DNA of 64,000 nucleotides, taken from positions 32,001-96,000 of the forward strand of contig JAHPZI010000007.1 of the NCBI GenBank assembly GCA_019058295.1, given 5' to 3'. The notes under the pieces are model-generated. The model ran no database searches, was not told where the DNA came from, and worked only from the letters and a program-made list of their open reading frames with translations. Both the position numbers and the translations under genes were made by a program. Origin of the DNA: Promethearchaeota archaeon. Its GTDB lineage: Archaea > Asgardarchaeota > Lokiarchaeia > Sigyniarchaeales > SOKP01. Positions 19,691 through 29,687 of the stretch are shown one piece after another. Position 1 is the stretch's first letter, and the number at the start of each line of letters is the position of its first letter.

Positions 19691-20641
19691 ATGAGATTAG
19701 TAGGACCATCAGAGAAAAAACCATTCGAAGATCTATTCGAGGTATATTTATTATTCCTTGATGAGACTCGAGGAAACATGCCCTTCTTAATTCATCCTGA
19801 TGAATCCATTAAAAACAATAAAGAAAAGATGCGTCCAATAAAGATTCATAGTGTTTGGTGGACAGATATGGAGGATCAAGCTGTAATGGATCACATTGAT
19901 CTAGAATATAGTAATAGAACGTATTTAGCAAGGAAGTTCTTAACATTATCAAAAAGGAGTCAACATCGGATTGGAACAACCTTTGATAATATTGAAACTA
20001 TTACAATTATATTTGTTTTGCCTTCTAATCTATATATTTTTGGTGTAGATCTTCTAAATAAACTGACAACAAATATTATAACAAATTTCGAGGGACAATT
20101 ATATAAAGTGATTGAATCAGAAATTGCAAAAGAAGAGATAATTAAATCTGATAAAATTATAGAGACTATTAAAATAGGAGAAAAGGTTAAACAAAAATTA
20201 AAAAATCTTATTGTAAATACTTGTAAAGATTTTTTTTCTTCAGTTATTAAAGAAGATAATAAGAATTCAATTGAACTGCAGAAAGCAATTTCTTATTTTT
20301 CTCTTAAAGGGATAGATTCTAGTGATGAAAGGAATTCCTTTTCAAAAATTAAAGTTTTTGAACCAAAAATAGGGGACAACAACAATGAATTTGAAATTAT
20401 TGTTCAAAACAATTCTCAAAAGGAATATAATAATCTTTCTATAAAAATAACCTATTTAAAGGAATTTCTCGAAACAGAAATAATGAATTATCCTATAGAT
20501 AATTGGTTCCCAGAAGAGGAATTATTGTTTATTTCTCCAATTATTCCTAATGTTAACGAGTATCATTTATTTATTGAACACAATAAGAATCAATGTTTTT
20601 CAAAAAAAATAGATTTAAATGCATTCATTAAATATAATTAG
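19691..20641 (+). CDS. Hypothetical protein, uDENN/longin-like N-terminus plus C-terminal Ig-like domain (paralog 1)
   Basis: VYLLFLDETRGNMPFLIHP; shares WFPEEELLFISPIIPN with the next gene. Confidence 0.65.
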   Translation: MRLVGPSEKKPFEDLFEVYLLFLDETRGNMPFLIHPDESIKNNKEKMRPIKIHSVWWTDMEDQAVMDHIDLEYSNRTYLARKFLTLSKRSQHRIGTTFDNIETITIIFVLPSNLYIFGVDLLNKLTTNIITNFEGQLYKVIESEIAKEEIIKSDKIIETIKIGEKVKQKLKNLIVNTCKDFFSSVIKEDNKNSIELQKAISYFSLKGIDSSDERNSFSKIKVFEPKIGDNNNEFEIIVQNNSQKEYNNLSIKITYLKEFLETEIMNYPIDNWFPEEELLFISPIIPNVNEYHLFIEHNKNQCFSKKIDLNAFIKYN

Positions 20642-20660
20642 AAATTAATATTTATTTCTC

Positions 20661-21704
20661 TTGATGGCTGACTTATTTAATTCTAAATCACCAGAAAAAG
20701 CATTAAAAGAAGAAATCTGTGTGGTTTATATTCTTTATTTTGACGAAGCTAAAGGTCATGTTCCACTCCTAATTTTTCCATTTGAAGAAGGATATAAACT
20801 TAAAGATGATAAGCGATTTATGCGACCTATCAAATATCATCCTGTATGGTTTTTATCTATTGAAGAACAAGAACCATTGGATCATATCGACCTCGAATTT
20901 AAAGGTTATACTTTTTTCGGTAAAAAATTTCTAACTAAATCTAAGAGAAAAAAAAGACGAGCTGGTCTTAAGGAGGAATCTCCTGAGATAATTGTTGTAA
21001 TTGCATCGGTGTCAAATGATATAGCAATCTTCGGGGATGAACTTATTCATTTAATAACAGACGAAATCAAAGAGAAATTTGATGACAAATTGTTTAAAAT
21101 TATTGAATGTGAGATTGCTAAAAATGAAATTATTAAAACTCCAGAGATCAAGAAAATCATTGAAGAAGGCATGAAAATAAAGGAAGATCTTAATAAGTTG
21201 ATTCGTAAAATTACTGACAACTATTTTCTCAATGCAATAAAGCAAAAAGATTTACATTCAATGAACCAACAAAAAGCACTTTCATATTTAGCTTTAAAAG
21301 GAATTGATGTATCATCCATAAGTGATAAAAAAAAACCTGATTATTTTTTAAATATTAAATTATTTGATCCCTCTATAAAATCCGCAAATGAATTAGCGCT
21401 AAAAGCACCATTTATTATAACTAGTGTAACTTTAATCGAAGATAGTCAAGAATTAGAAATTACGGTTCAAAATAATACGGGAAAAGAAATTAAGGATGTG
21501 ATCATAAATATTACCCATTTAAAAGAATTTTTTGAAAAAGAAATTATGGAACAAGATATTGATCTATGGTTTCCTGAAGAAGAATTGTTATTTATCTCAC
21601 CTATTATTCCTAATATTAACGAATATCTCTTTTTCATCACCAAGAAAGAAAATAAAGAAAAAATCCTCTCAAAAAAAATTGATTTAAAATCTTTAAAAAA
21701 TTAA
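20661..21704 (+). CDS. Hypothetical protein, uDENN/longin-like N-terminus plus C-terminal Ig-like domain (paralog 2)
   Basis: VYILYFDEAKGHVPLLIFP; ELEITVQNNTGKEIKDVIINI; tandem paralog. Confidence 0.65.
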   Translation: MMADLFNSKSPEKALKEEICVVYILYFDEAKGHVPLLIFPFEEGYKLKDDKRFMRPIKYHPVWFLSIEEQEPLDHIDLEFKGYTFFGKKFLTKSKRKKRRAGLKEESPEIIVVIASVSNDIAIFGDELIHLITDEIKEKFDDKLFKIIECEIAKNEIIKTPEIKKIIEEGMKIKEDLNKLIRKITDNYFLNAIKQKDLHSMNQQKALSYLALKGIDVSSISDKKKPDYFLNIKLFDPSIKSANELALKAPFIITSVTLIEDSQELEITVQNNTGKEIKDVIINITHLKEFFEKEIMEQDIDLWFPEEELLFISPIIPNINEYLFFITKKENKEKILSKKIDLKSLKN

Positions 21705-21721
21705 TTAATTTGATTAGAAAA

Positions 21722-22210
21722 ATGTCAAATAATATTCTTAAAGAAGATGAAATCATAATAAGAAACTATCGGACCTCTGATTATGAAGCAACACTTGAAA
21801 TATTAAAGCAACTTGATAAAGAATTAGATATTGGATTTAAAGAGGAACAGTGGAAACAATCCTCTGGTCTACGACAATTTAAACCTAATTTAAAACGTAT
21901 AACTCTTATAGCTGAATTAAAATCGACTGGTGAAGTTGTAAGTATGGGGATGCTTGAAGCAGTAAAAAATAGTTTAGGCCAATATGTTGGTTATCTGGAT
22001 AACTGGTCTACAAAAAAAGAATTTATTGGTAAAGGCGTTGGAAAAATACTGGCGGACAGAGCCATTCAAATACTTAAATCATGGGGTTGTACTTCAGTAA
22101 GAATTAATATGGGTTATAATGTAAGTAAAAAAATAATCGATGTTATTTGTAAAGGACAAGGATTTTCTCCCGTTTTTATAGTTTTAGAAAAGAAATTTGA
22201 TGAAACATAA
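21722..22210 (+). CDS. GNAT-family N-acetyltransferase
   Basis: IIIRNYRTSDY and KEFIGKGVGKIL acetyl-CoA motif. ATG 21722 preferred over TTG 21710. Confidence 0.8.
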   Translation: MSNNILKEDEIIIRNYRTSDYEATLEILKQLDKELDIGFKEEQWKQSSGLRQFKPNLKRITLIAELKSTGEVVSMGMLEAVKNSLGQYVGYLDNWSTKKEFIGKGVGKILADRAIQILKSWGCTSVRINMGYNVSKKIIDVICKGQGFSPVFIVLEKKFDET

Positions 22211-22380
22211 ATTTAACTTCTTTTCTTTATTAGCATTAGCATTTATGTTATTCCCTTTTAAACATTTTATACTTGTTTTTCACCTAAAAATCAAAATAAA
22301 TATTTTTAATCTTTACTTCTTTAAAATTATAAATTAAAATTAAAAAAAAAATAAAACAAATAAAAGGGTTGATTTTAAAC

Positions 22381-23847
22381 GTGATTGGAATAAAAACGTT
22401 TGGTGCATATTTGCCAAAGTATTTAATGCCCCGGGAGTTAGTTGCTAAAGCTTAGTTTAGTTCAAATTAAGCGGAAAAAGCATGGGATTTTCCATCTATG
22501 CCAGGGACTAAAGCTTTGGCTAATTCTGACGAAGATAGTATTACAATGGGAGTAGAAGCTGGTCTTGACTGTATAACTGGAATAGATCCTAAAACAATTG
22601 ATGGACTTTTTTTTGCAACAACCACTCAAGTTTATACAGAAAAAAATTCAGCAGCATTTATAGCAAATATATTAGATTTAAGGGATGAGATTATTACTGC
22701 AGACTTCACAGATTCCTTAAGGGCAGGAACCACTGCTGTATGTAGGGCAGTCGAAGCTATAAAAGCAAATAAGGATATTAAAAGTATCCTTGTTATCGCT
22801 GCTGATACTAGAGAACCTGAACCAGGTACATTTTGGGAATATGGTTTGTCTGATGGGGCTGCTGCCTTACTTATTGCGGAAGAAGATTTATTACCACTTT
22901 CAATTGAAGATTATTATTCAGTTTCGGCAAATGTTACTGGTCCTTGGAAAAAACCTACAGATAAATTCATTAAAACATTTCAAGATAAAATGGATAATAA
23001 ATTCTATTTTGAAAGCTTAACAAAAGCTATGAGTGGACTTTTAGAGAAAAATAATTTAAAACCTGAAGAAATTGCTAGTGCTGCGTACCATTATCATGAT
23101 CCTAGGGTACTTGGGATAGTTTCTAAAATGATGAAATTTCCTCAAGGTGTTGCTCAAAATGGATTATTTCTTCAAATAGGGTGTGTTGGAACTCCAATGG
23201 CATTCTTGTTATTGATGTCTGCTTTAAGAAGACCCAAACCTGATACTAAAATAATTTTTGCGGGATATGGAGATGGTGCTGATGCAATTTTATTACAAGT
23301 AAAAGATAAAGATCTTTTAAAAGCTTCAAATAAGGGAAGAATGGGCTTGTTAAAACACCAAAAATCTATGGCACAATTAAAAAATTATAATACGTTAATC
23401 GAAAATAAGAAACTTATCGATAGACATAGATATTCAAGAAGGAGTTCAGCTGTTACACTCTGGCGGGATACTAAATCTTTATATCAGATGTATGGGATTA
23501 AATGTAAAAACTGCGGAACTATTCAATATCCAGCGATGTTTAAAGGTTGCTATAACTGCAGAACAGATGATCAATTTGAATTTGTAAAACTCTCTTTAAA
23601 AGGGACTGTTTTTACTTATACTTTGGATCATTTGTATGGAGGGAGTTATTTAAATACTCCTGTACCGAGATGTATAATTGACTTAGAAGGCGGTGGGCGT
23701 ATAATGCTTGATATGACTGAAATTGAAAATCCAACTGAAAATGTCAAAATTGATATGCCGGTTGAATTAACTTTCCGATTAATGCATGAAGGCGGAGAAT
23801 TCCGCAATTATTATTGGAAATGTCGCCCTGTAAGGGGGAGACCATAA
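22381..23847 (+). CDS. HMG-CoA synthase-like condensing-fold protein fused to a DUF35 (Zn-ribbon/OB-fold) domain; interrupted by a 30-nt insertion at 22449-22478
   Basis: GTG 22381 gives MIGIKTFGAYLPKYLMPRELVAK/AWDFPSMPGTKALANSDEDSITMGVEA, in frame with track ORF 22498. C-terminal CKNCGTIQYP..CYNC, GTVFTYTLD, YYWKCRP. Confidence 0.85.
22449..22478 (+). other. Candidate bulge-helix-bulge (BHB) mRNA intron, 30 nt, with in-frame TAG and TAA
   Basis: Hairpin GCTTAGTTT/AAATTAAGC, two AAA bulges (22447-22449, 22477-22479), central TGCT/GGAA helix. Removal restores VAKAW. Confidence 0.6.
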
Positions 23848-23861
23848 GAGAGGTGAAAAGA

Positions 23862-25040
23862 ATGGTTAGAAAAGGAATTGCAGATAAAATTGCGATAATA
23901 GGATGTGACGCCACAAAATTTGGTGAAAGATGGGATAAAAATCAATATGATTTATTATACGATGCAGTTAAAGGTGCCAGAGATGATGCTGGAATAACTA
24001 AGGATGAGATTGATGCGGTTTGGGTTGGGATATTTTATTTCTTTACAGGGCTTTCAGGGGCAGTAGTAGAAGATATTTTAAGATTGGATGGGAAACCAGT
24101 TACTAGAACGGAGAATTACTGTGCATCGGGAATGGATGCTTTCAGAAATGCTTGTTTTGCTCTTGCTGGTAATGCATATGATGTTGTTCTAGCATGTGGT
24201 GTAGAAAAATTAATGGATGAGGCCTCTAGTGGATTACCTGGCTTTGAATTGTTTGGTCATCCCACATTACCTATACCTTCTGCTCCAGCAATGTTTAGCT
24301 TGGCAGCAACAAGATCATTTCACACATGGGGGTGGACTAAGGAGGATTTAGCTCGGGTTGCTGTTAAAAACCATGAAAATGGCTCTCATCATCCAAAAGC
24401 ACATTTTCGGAGACCAACTACAATTGAAAAAGTAATGAGAGATGTTATGATTGCAGACCCCTTAGGGAGATCTGATTGTTGTGCAATGAGTGATGGAGCA
24501 GCAGCTTTAATCTTAACAAGAATAGAAGATGCTCCAAGTTATTCTTCGCACAAGGATGATTATATAGTTGTAAAAGCGAATGCGATATCTTGTCAAACAA
24601 ATACTCCTTGGTATAATCCAAATCACACCTTCACAAGTTTTCCAGCAACAGTAAAAGCTGCGAAAATGGCTTACAAAGAGGCAGGTATTACAGATCCTAG
24701 AAAACAAATCGATTGTGCTGAAGTTCACGATTGTTTCACGATTACTGAACTTTTAAATTGCCAAGATTTACAATTCTGTGAGATGGGAAAAGCAGCTGAA
24801 GAATTAAAAAACGGAACTTTTAATTGGGATGGTGAAACTGCAGTTAATCCATCCGGTGGTTTAAAATCCTTCGGTCATCCAATAGGTGCTACAGGATGTA
24901 GAATGCTACAAGAAATAACCAAACAACTTCAAGGAAGAGCCGAAGGCAGACAAGTTCCTGACGCAAAAATTGGTTTGGCTCATAATCTTGGCGGAGCATT
25001 TTGTGTCTGTAGTACTAGTATTTTAGGACAAGCAGATTGA
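23862..25040 (+). CDS. Acetyl-CoA acetyltransferase (archaeal/SCP2-type thiolase)
   Basis: GAGGTGA RBS then ATG 23862; ENYCASG, AEVHDCFT, NPSGGLKSFGHPIGATG, HNLGG. Confidence 0.93.
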   Translation: MVRKGIADKIAIIGCDATKFGERWDKNQYDLLYDAVKGARDDAGITKDEIDAVWVGIFYFFTGLSGAVVEDILRLDGKPVTRTENYCASGMDAFRNACFALAGNAYDVVLACGVEKLMDEASSGLPGFELFGHPTLPIPSAPAMFSLAATRSFHTWGWTKEDLARVAVKNHENGSHHPKAHFRRPTTIEKVMRDVMIADPLGRSDCCAMSDGAAALILTRIEDAPSYSSHKDDYIVVKANAISCQTNTPWYNPNHTFTSFPATVKAAKMAYKEAGITDPRKQIDCAEVHDCFTITELLNCQDLQFCEMGKAAEELKNGTFNWDGETAVNPSGGLKSFGHPIGATGCRMLQEITKQLQGRAEGRQVPDAKIGLAHNLGGAFCVCSTSILGQAD

Positions 25041-25186
25041 AAATTATAAATCCTAATAATTTTTTTTCTTTTTTTTATTTGTGAATGATAATCTTCAAAA
25101 ATAAGGAATTTTATCGTAATTTATCATATAAAAAAATATAAAATTATACAATTATTTAAAATTAATTTCTTAGGAGGTAGAAAATT

Positions 25187-25477
25187 ATGACTGAAAAAGC
25201 AAGAATTGGTTACAGAATTGTAGGGACTATAAAGGATGTAAAGGGAGTTTGTAATGCTGGTCACAAAAAAGGAGATAAAATAGAGATAAGTGGATATGAC
25301 AGTGGAGGCTTGTGTGGTTTTTTTTATCACGATATTTTCCCATATATTATCATGCTTCAATTCGGAGGGGGTTTTCCAGCTAAGTGGGTTGAAGATCCAG
25401 ATGTAGTTGAGCTTGAATGTATGGATAAATTTAATGCAGTTAAAATAGAATTAAGAAGGATAAAAAGTGAAGACTGA
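25187..25477 (+). CDS. TIGR04076-like small Cys protein
   Basis: VKGVCNAGHKKGD, GLCGFFYHDIFPY, ECMD. Confidence 0.75.
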   Translation: MTEKARIGYRIVGTIKDVKGVCNAGHKKGDKIEISGYDSGGLCGFFYHDIFPYIIMLQFGGGFPAKWVEDPDVVELECMDKFNAVKIELRRIKSED

Positions 25478-25543
25478 ATTAAATATTAATTCTATATTGG
25501 AAAAGTCAATAATCTTTTAATTTCTAATTAATTCTATTTAATT

Positions 25544-26398
25544 ATGAGTAATGCTAGTTTTAATCAATTCAAGGGGAATGTTAACACTGAACGAGTTCAA
25601 TATATCGCAGATCCTCAGCTGAGAAATATTGTAAACGTCTCAATTGCTTTAGAGCGTCCATTACTAGTGAAGGGAGAACCAGGTACAGGAAAGACATTAT
25701 TGTCCCACGCGATCGCCGAGGCACTTGGAAAGCGTTTAATTATTTGGAATATAAAAAGCACAACCGAAGCGATTGATGGGTGCTATATGTATGACACAGT
25801 ACAAAGACTAAACGATAGTCGATTTGGAAGCGACGATCGCAATGTGAATAATATTAAAGATTATATAACCCTTGGACCGCTAGGAGATGCATTTGTTTCT
25901 GAGGAACAAGTTGTTCTCCTTATTGACGAAATTGATAAGGCTGATATAGAATTTCCAAATGATTTATTACAAGAGCTTGATGTAATGGAGTTTTACATTA
26001 AGGAAACCAAAGAGTTTATAAAAGCAAAAACGCGTCCTATAGTAATTATTACCTCAAATAACGAAAAAGAACTCCCGGATGCATTTCTTAGGAGATGTGT
26101 ATTTCACTGGATAGAATTTCCCTCTAAGGAATTTATGGCTGAAATTTGCAATTTACATTATCCTAATTTGAAGAAGAATCTACTTGATCAATGTCTTAAA
26201 CATTTTTATTGGTTAAGGACTATAACTAAAATCAGAAAAATGCCGTCTACTTCTGAACTCTTGGATTGGATAGGAGTCTTATTAAAAAGTGGCATTTCGA
26301 TTGATGAATTAATGAAAGGAATACCTTTTCTCGGAGTCCTTATAAAGAAAGAAAAGGATCTTGAAGCTGTATTGGCAAAAGCACAATTTCCAACCTAA
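25544..26398 (+). CDS. MoxR-family AAA+ ATPase (CoxD-like)
   Basis: GEPGTGKT, LLIDEIDKAD, TSNNEKELPDAFLRRC. Confidence 0.93.
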   Translation: MSNASFNQFKGNVNTERVQYIADPQLRNIVNVSIALERPLLVKGEPGTGKTLLSHAIAEALGKRLIIWNIKSTTEAIDGCYMYDTVQRLNDSRFGSDDRNVNNIKDYITLGPLGDAFVSEEQVVLLIDEIDKADIEFPNDLLQELDVMEFYIKETKEFIKAKTRPIVIITSNNEKELPDAFLRRCVFHWIEFPSKEFMAEICNLHYPNLKKNLLDQCLKHFYWLRTITKIRKMPSTSELLDWIGVLLKSGISIDELMKGIPFLGVLIKKEKDLEAVLAKAQFPT

Positions 26399-26413
26399 TT
26401 ATTTTTTCTTAGG

Positions 26414-27652
26414 ATGTTTGTAGAATATTTTTATTATCTAAAAGAAATACTTCCCTCGGTAAGTATTACCGAATATATGACTCTACTGCAAGCCTTAAAT
26501 AAAGGACTAATCCATAATATGATGGATTTTTATTACATCTCACGGAGTATCTTATGTAAGAACGAGCATCATTATGATCTTTATGATATTGCTTTTGCTA
26601 ATTTTTTCAAAGACGCTTCAATTAAACTTACTGATGATATAAATCAAGAAATCTGGAAGTGGTTGCAGAAAAATACAGAAGTATTAAATTTTCCATTTAG
26701 TATCAGAGAATTTCAAAATGTTAATTTAGAAGAATTAGAAAGAAGGTTTGAACAATTATTAAAAGAACAAAATGAACGACATGATTACGGTAACAAATGG
26801 ATTGGGACTCAAGGACAATCACAATTCGGAAATTCAGGGCTAAATACAATGGGAATAAAAGTCGCTGGGGGAGTTGGCTTGCGTAGAGCAGTTATAATTG
26901 CTCAAAAAAGAATATTCAAGGATTATAGGAAAGATATTATCATCGGGACCAGGCAAATTAAAGTAGCTTTAAAGCGTCTTCGTAAATTAGGCGATATTGG
27001 CAAACCTAACGAATTAAATTTAGATAAAACTATTGATTTGACGGCTAAGAATGGAGGAGATATTGATTTATTCTTCGAAAAAAGGAAGAAAAATAATGTA
27101 AAACTAATACTTCTGATGGATGTTGGAGGTACTATGGATCCTTATATTCATCAAGTTAATTTATTATTCTCTGCAGCGAATCATATGTCGCATTGGAAAG
27201 ATTTTAAGTATTACTATTTCCACAATTGTATTTACGATAAATTATATAAAAATGCCGCAAGAACTCCACAGAGGGCAATTGATTTCGACGATTTTTTAAG
27301 AAAATATAAAAACTCATATCGAATAATTATTGTAGGAGACCAATGTATGCATCGCAGTGAATTAAAAAATCCTCGAGGTGCCATATATGACGGAGCCACA
27401 AATAAAAAGCCTGGAATTTATTACATAGAAGAAATTGCACAACACTTTAAAAATAATGTTGTATGGTTAAATCCTGAACCCAATACTGTTGAATGGATGT
27501 CATGGACGCGATTAGTTATCTCAAAAATTATTCCAACGTACCCATTTACAATTGAAGGCGTTGAAAAAGCCATGGATTATTTAAGAACCAATGGTAAAAA
27601 CTCATATACTACAGTACAACAGCTTAAAGGAGTCCCATTAGCTTTTTATTAA
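26414..27652 (+). CDS. VWA-domain protein (CoxE-like partner of MoxR)
   Basis: KWIGTQGQSQFG, LLMDVGGTM, YYFHNCIY, VGD, VWLNP. Confidence 0.88.
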   Translation: MFVEYFYYLKEILPSVSITEYMTLLQALNKGLIHNMMDFYYISRSILCKNEHHYDLYDIAFANFFKDASIKLTDDINQEIWKWLQKNTEVLNFPFSIREFQNVNLEELERRFEQLLKEQNERHDYGNKWIGTQGQSQFGNSGLNTMGIKVAGGVGLRRAVIIAQKRIFKDYRKDIIIGTRQIKVALKRLRKLGDIGKPNELNLDKTIDLTAKNGGDIDLFFEKRKKNNVKLILLMDVGGTMDPYIHQVNLLFSAANHMSHWKDFKYYYFHNCIYDKLYKNAARTPQRAIDFDDFLRKYKNSYRIIIVGDQCMHRSELKNPRGAIYDGATNKKPGIYYIEEIAQHFKNNVVWLNPEPNTVEWMSWTRLVISKIIPTYPFTIEGVEKAMDYLRTNGKNSYTTVQQLKGVPLAFY

Positions 27653-27696
27653 AAAACAATCAAAAATTAATATGTTATTAGAGAATTTCTAATATT

Positions 27697-28173
27697 TTAT
27701 GATCTAAGAGTTGCTATCATAATTTTTTCATCTAATAGAAAATCTAATGCATTTAAAGGATCTGGGAGAACTACATCACTATTCATAATGCTTTTGATAG
27801 ATGCCCCTTCATTACCTAATATCACTATTCCCACAATTGCGTTTTTAAGCATTAAAGCATCATTATTTCCATTACCTATTGCTACTGTGATGTCTTTTCC
27901 TAATCGTATTAATTCGTTGTTTTTAGCTTTTGCCTCTGTAATTCCCCTTGGATTGATTTTAATATACTTTACATCTAACATTTCAGCAATATTTTTCAAA
28001 TTTCCTCTAGTATCCGCTGATAATAAATAAATTTTGTATATTTTTTTCAATTCCTTAAACTTACGAATTAAAATTTGTGAAATCTTCCCTTGAAATTGTA
28101 ATGTTCCATTTACATCAAATATTATATTCTCAATTGTAATTATACCATAGTTAGGAATTTCTATTTTTCTCAT
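27697..28173 (-). CDS. HAD-family hydrolase (soluble P-type ATPase-like)
   Basis: IFDVNGTL, LSADTRG, AIGNGNNDALML. Confidence 0.88.
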   Translation of the reverse strand: MRKIEIPNYGIITIENIIFDVNGTLQFQGKISQILIRKFKELKKIYKIYLLSADTRGNLKNIAEMLDVKYIKINPRGITEAKAKNNELIRLGKDITVAIGNGNNDALMLKNAIVGIVILGNEGASIKSIMNSDVVLPDPLNALDFLLDEKIMIATLRS

Positions 28174-28261
28174 CTTTAAATCACTTTTTTTTTTTAAAAA
28201 CCAAAAATCTAAATTTTGAAATTTTTTATTTTAAGATAGAATAAATGTTTTTTTTATTTCT

Positions 28262-29680
28262 ATGTTTGTTGAGTATTTTTATTATCTAAAGGAAAGATTA
28301 CCCGTTAGTATTACGGAATATATGACTTTATTACAAGCCTTAGAAAAAGGTTTAATCCGTAACATGGTAGAATTCTATTACGTTTCGAGATCTATATTAT
28401 GTAAAAACGAGCACCATTTCGATATCTATGACATTGCCTTTGCAAATTTTTTCAAGGAAGCGTTAATTAAATTTCCGGAAGAATTAAAAAAAGAGATCTG
28501 GGATTGGCTTAATAAAGAAATAACCTTTCAGGAGTTAATAGAAGGTTTACAAATTTTATTAAGTGAATATGGACAATTTATGAATGTCGAGGATTTTCAG
28601 CAGTTAATTGAAGAGTTATTAAAAAAGGCAGAATCGGGGGAGTTAAAATTAATTAACGCTCCTAGTGAGATAAAGGATGAGATCTGGGAATGGCTACAAA
28701 GAAATTTTGATTTATCAAAAATAAATTCTGTAACTCAAGAATTTTTAAGCAAATTCTCTAATATCGAAGAATTGCAAAAATATTTTGAAGAATTGATGGC
28801 AAAACAAGATGCGGAACATAATTTCGGAAATCAATGGATCGGAACCCAAGGTACCTCACAATTTGGAAACGCAGGGCAAAATCCAATGGGAATGCTGGTT
28901 GGCGGTGGTGCGGGAATGCGTACGGCTGTTCAAATCGCACAAAAAAGAATTTTTCAAGATTATAGAAAAGATGTAGTCTTGGACACTAGACAAATTAAAG
29001 TAGCGTTAAAACGGCTTCGAAAATTGGAAGAAATTGGTAAACAAGATGAATTAAATATTGACAAAACAATTGATAAAACTGCTAAAAATGGTGGCGATAT
29101 TGAAATAATATTTGAAAAAAGAAGAAAAAATAATGTAAAACTCCTTCTTTTAATGGATGTTGGAGGTTCCATGACTCCTTACGCTCACCTGGTTAATCTC
29201 TTGTTTTCTGCCGCAAACAATATGTCTCATTGGAAGGATTTTAAATATTATTACTTCCATAATTGCATCTATGAGAGTTTGTATTTTAACGCGCAACGCA
29301 ATCCTGATGAAGCAATTTTATTTGACGACTTCTTAAGAAAATACGATAGTAGCTATCGAGTAGTCGCCGTAGGTGATGCTGCAATGGCATCATGGGAGCT
29401 TACCGAACGCTATGGTTCGATATATTATTATCACAGAAATGAGATGCCTGGAATTTATTATATCAGAGAGTTAGCCAATCATTTCAAAAATCATATTGTA
29501 TGGCTGAATCCCGAAATCATCAAATTTAATTGGCAACCTTGGACGCGTAAAATCATTTCTAGTATTATTCCTATGTTTGATTTAACTGTAGAAGGCATTG
29601 AGGAAGCGATGAATTATCTAAGAGAAAGCGGAAGACACATATACACAACCGTCCATCTCCTTAAAGGTTTTGCTTTTTAA
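28262..29680 (+). CDS. VWA-domain protein (CoxE-like), paralog 2
   Basis: Near-identical N-terminus to 26414; LLMDVGGSM; extra internal segment. Confidence 0.88.
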   Translation: MFVEYFYYLKERLPVSITEYMTLLQALEKGLIRNMVEFYYVSRSILCKNEHHFDIYDIAFANFFKEALIKFPEELKKEIWDWLNKEITFQELIEGLQILLSEYGQFMNVEDFQQLIEELLKKAESGELKLINAPSEIKDEIWEWLQRNFDLSKINSVTQEFLSKFSNIEELQKYFEELMAKQDAEHNFGNQWIGTQGTSQFGNAGQNPMGMLVGGGAGMRTAVQIAQKRIFQDYRKDVVLDTRQIKVALKRLRKLEEIGKQDELNIDKTIDKTAKNGGDIEIIFEKRRKNNVKLLLLMDVGGSMTPYAHLVNLLFSAANNMSHWKDFKYYYFHNCIYESLYFNAQRNPDEAILFDDFLRKYDSSYRVVAVGDAAMASWELTERYGSIYYYHRNEMPGIYYIRELANHFKNHIVWLNPEIIKFNWQPWTRKIISSIIPMFDLTVEGIEEAMNYLRESGRHIYTTVHLLKGFAF

Positions 29681-29687
29681 GCAACAT

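Noticed and set aside
22453-22470. Pyrrolysine or amber readthrough at TAG 22453
   Set aside because: An in-frame TAA follows at 22468, and the ten extra codons have no place in the family N-terminus.
22449-22484. Alternative BHB register (UGCU paired with AGCA) giving a 36-nt intron
   Set aside because: It would delete the Ala-Trp expected in this family and leaves a 6-nt bulge; the 30-nt register fits the canonical geometry better.
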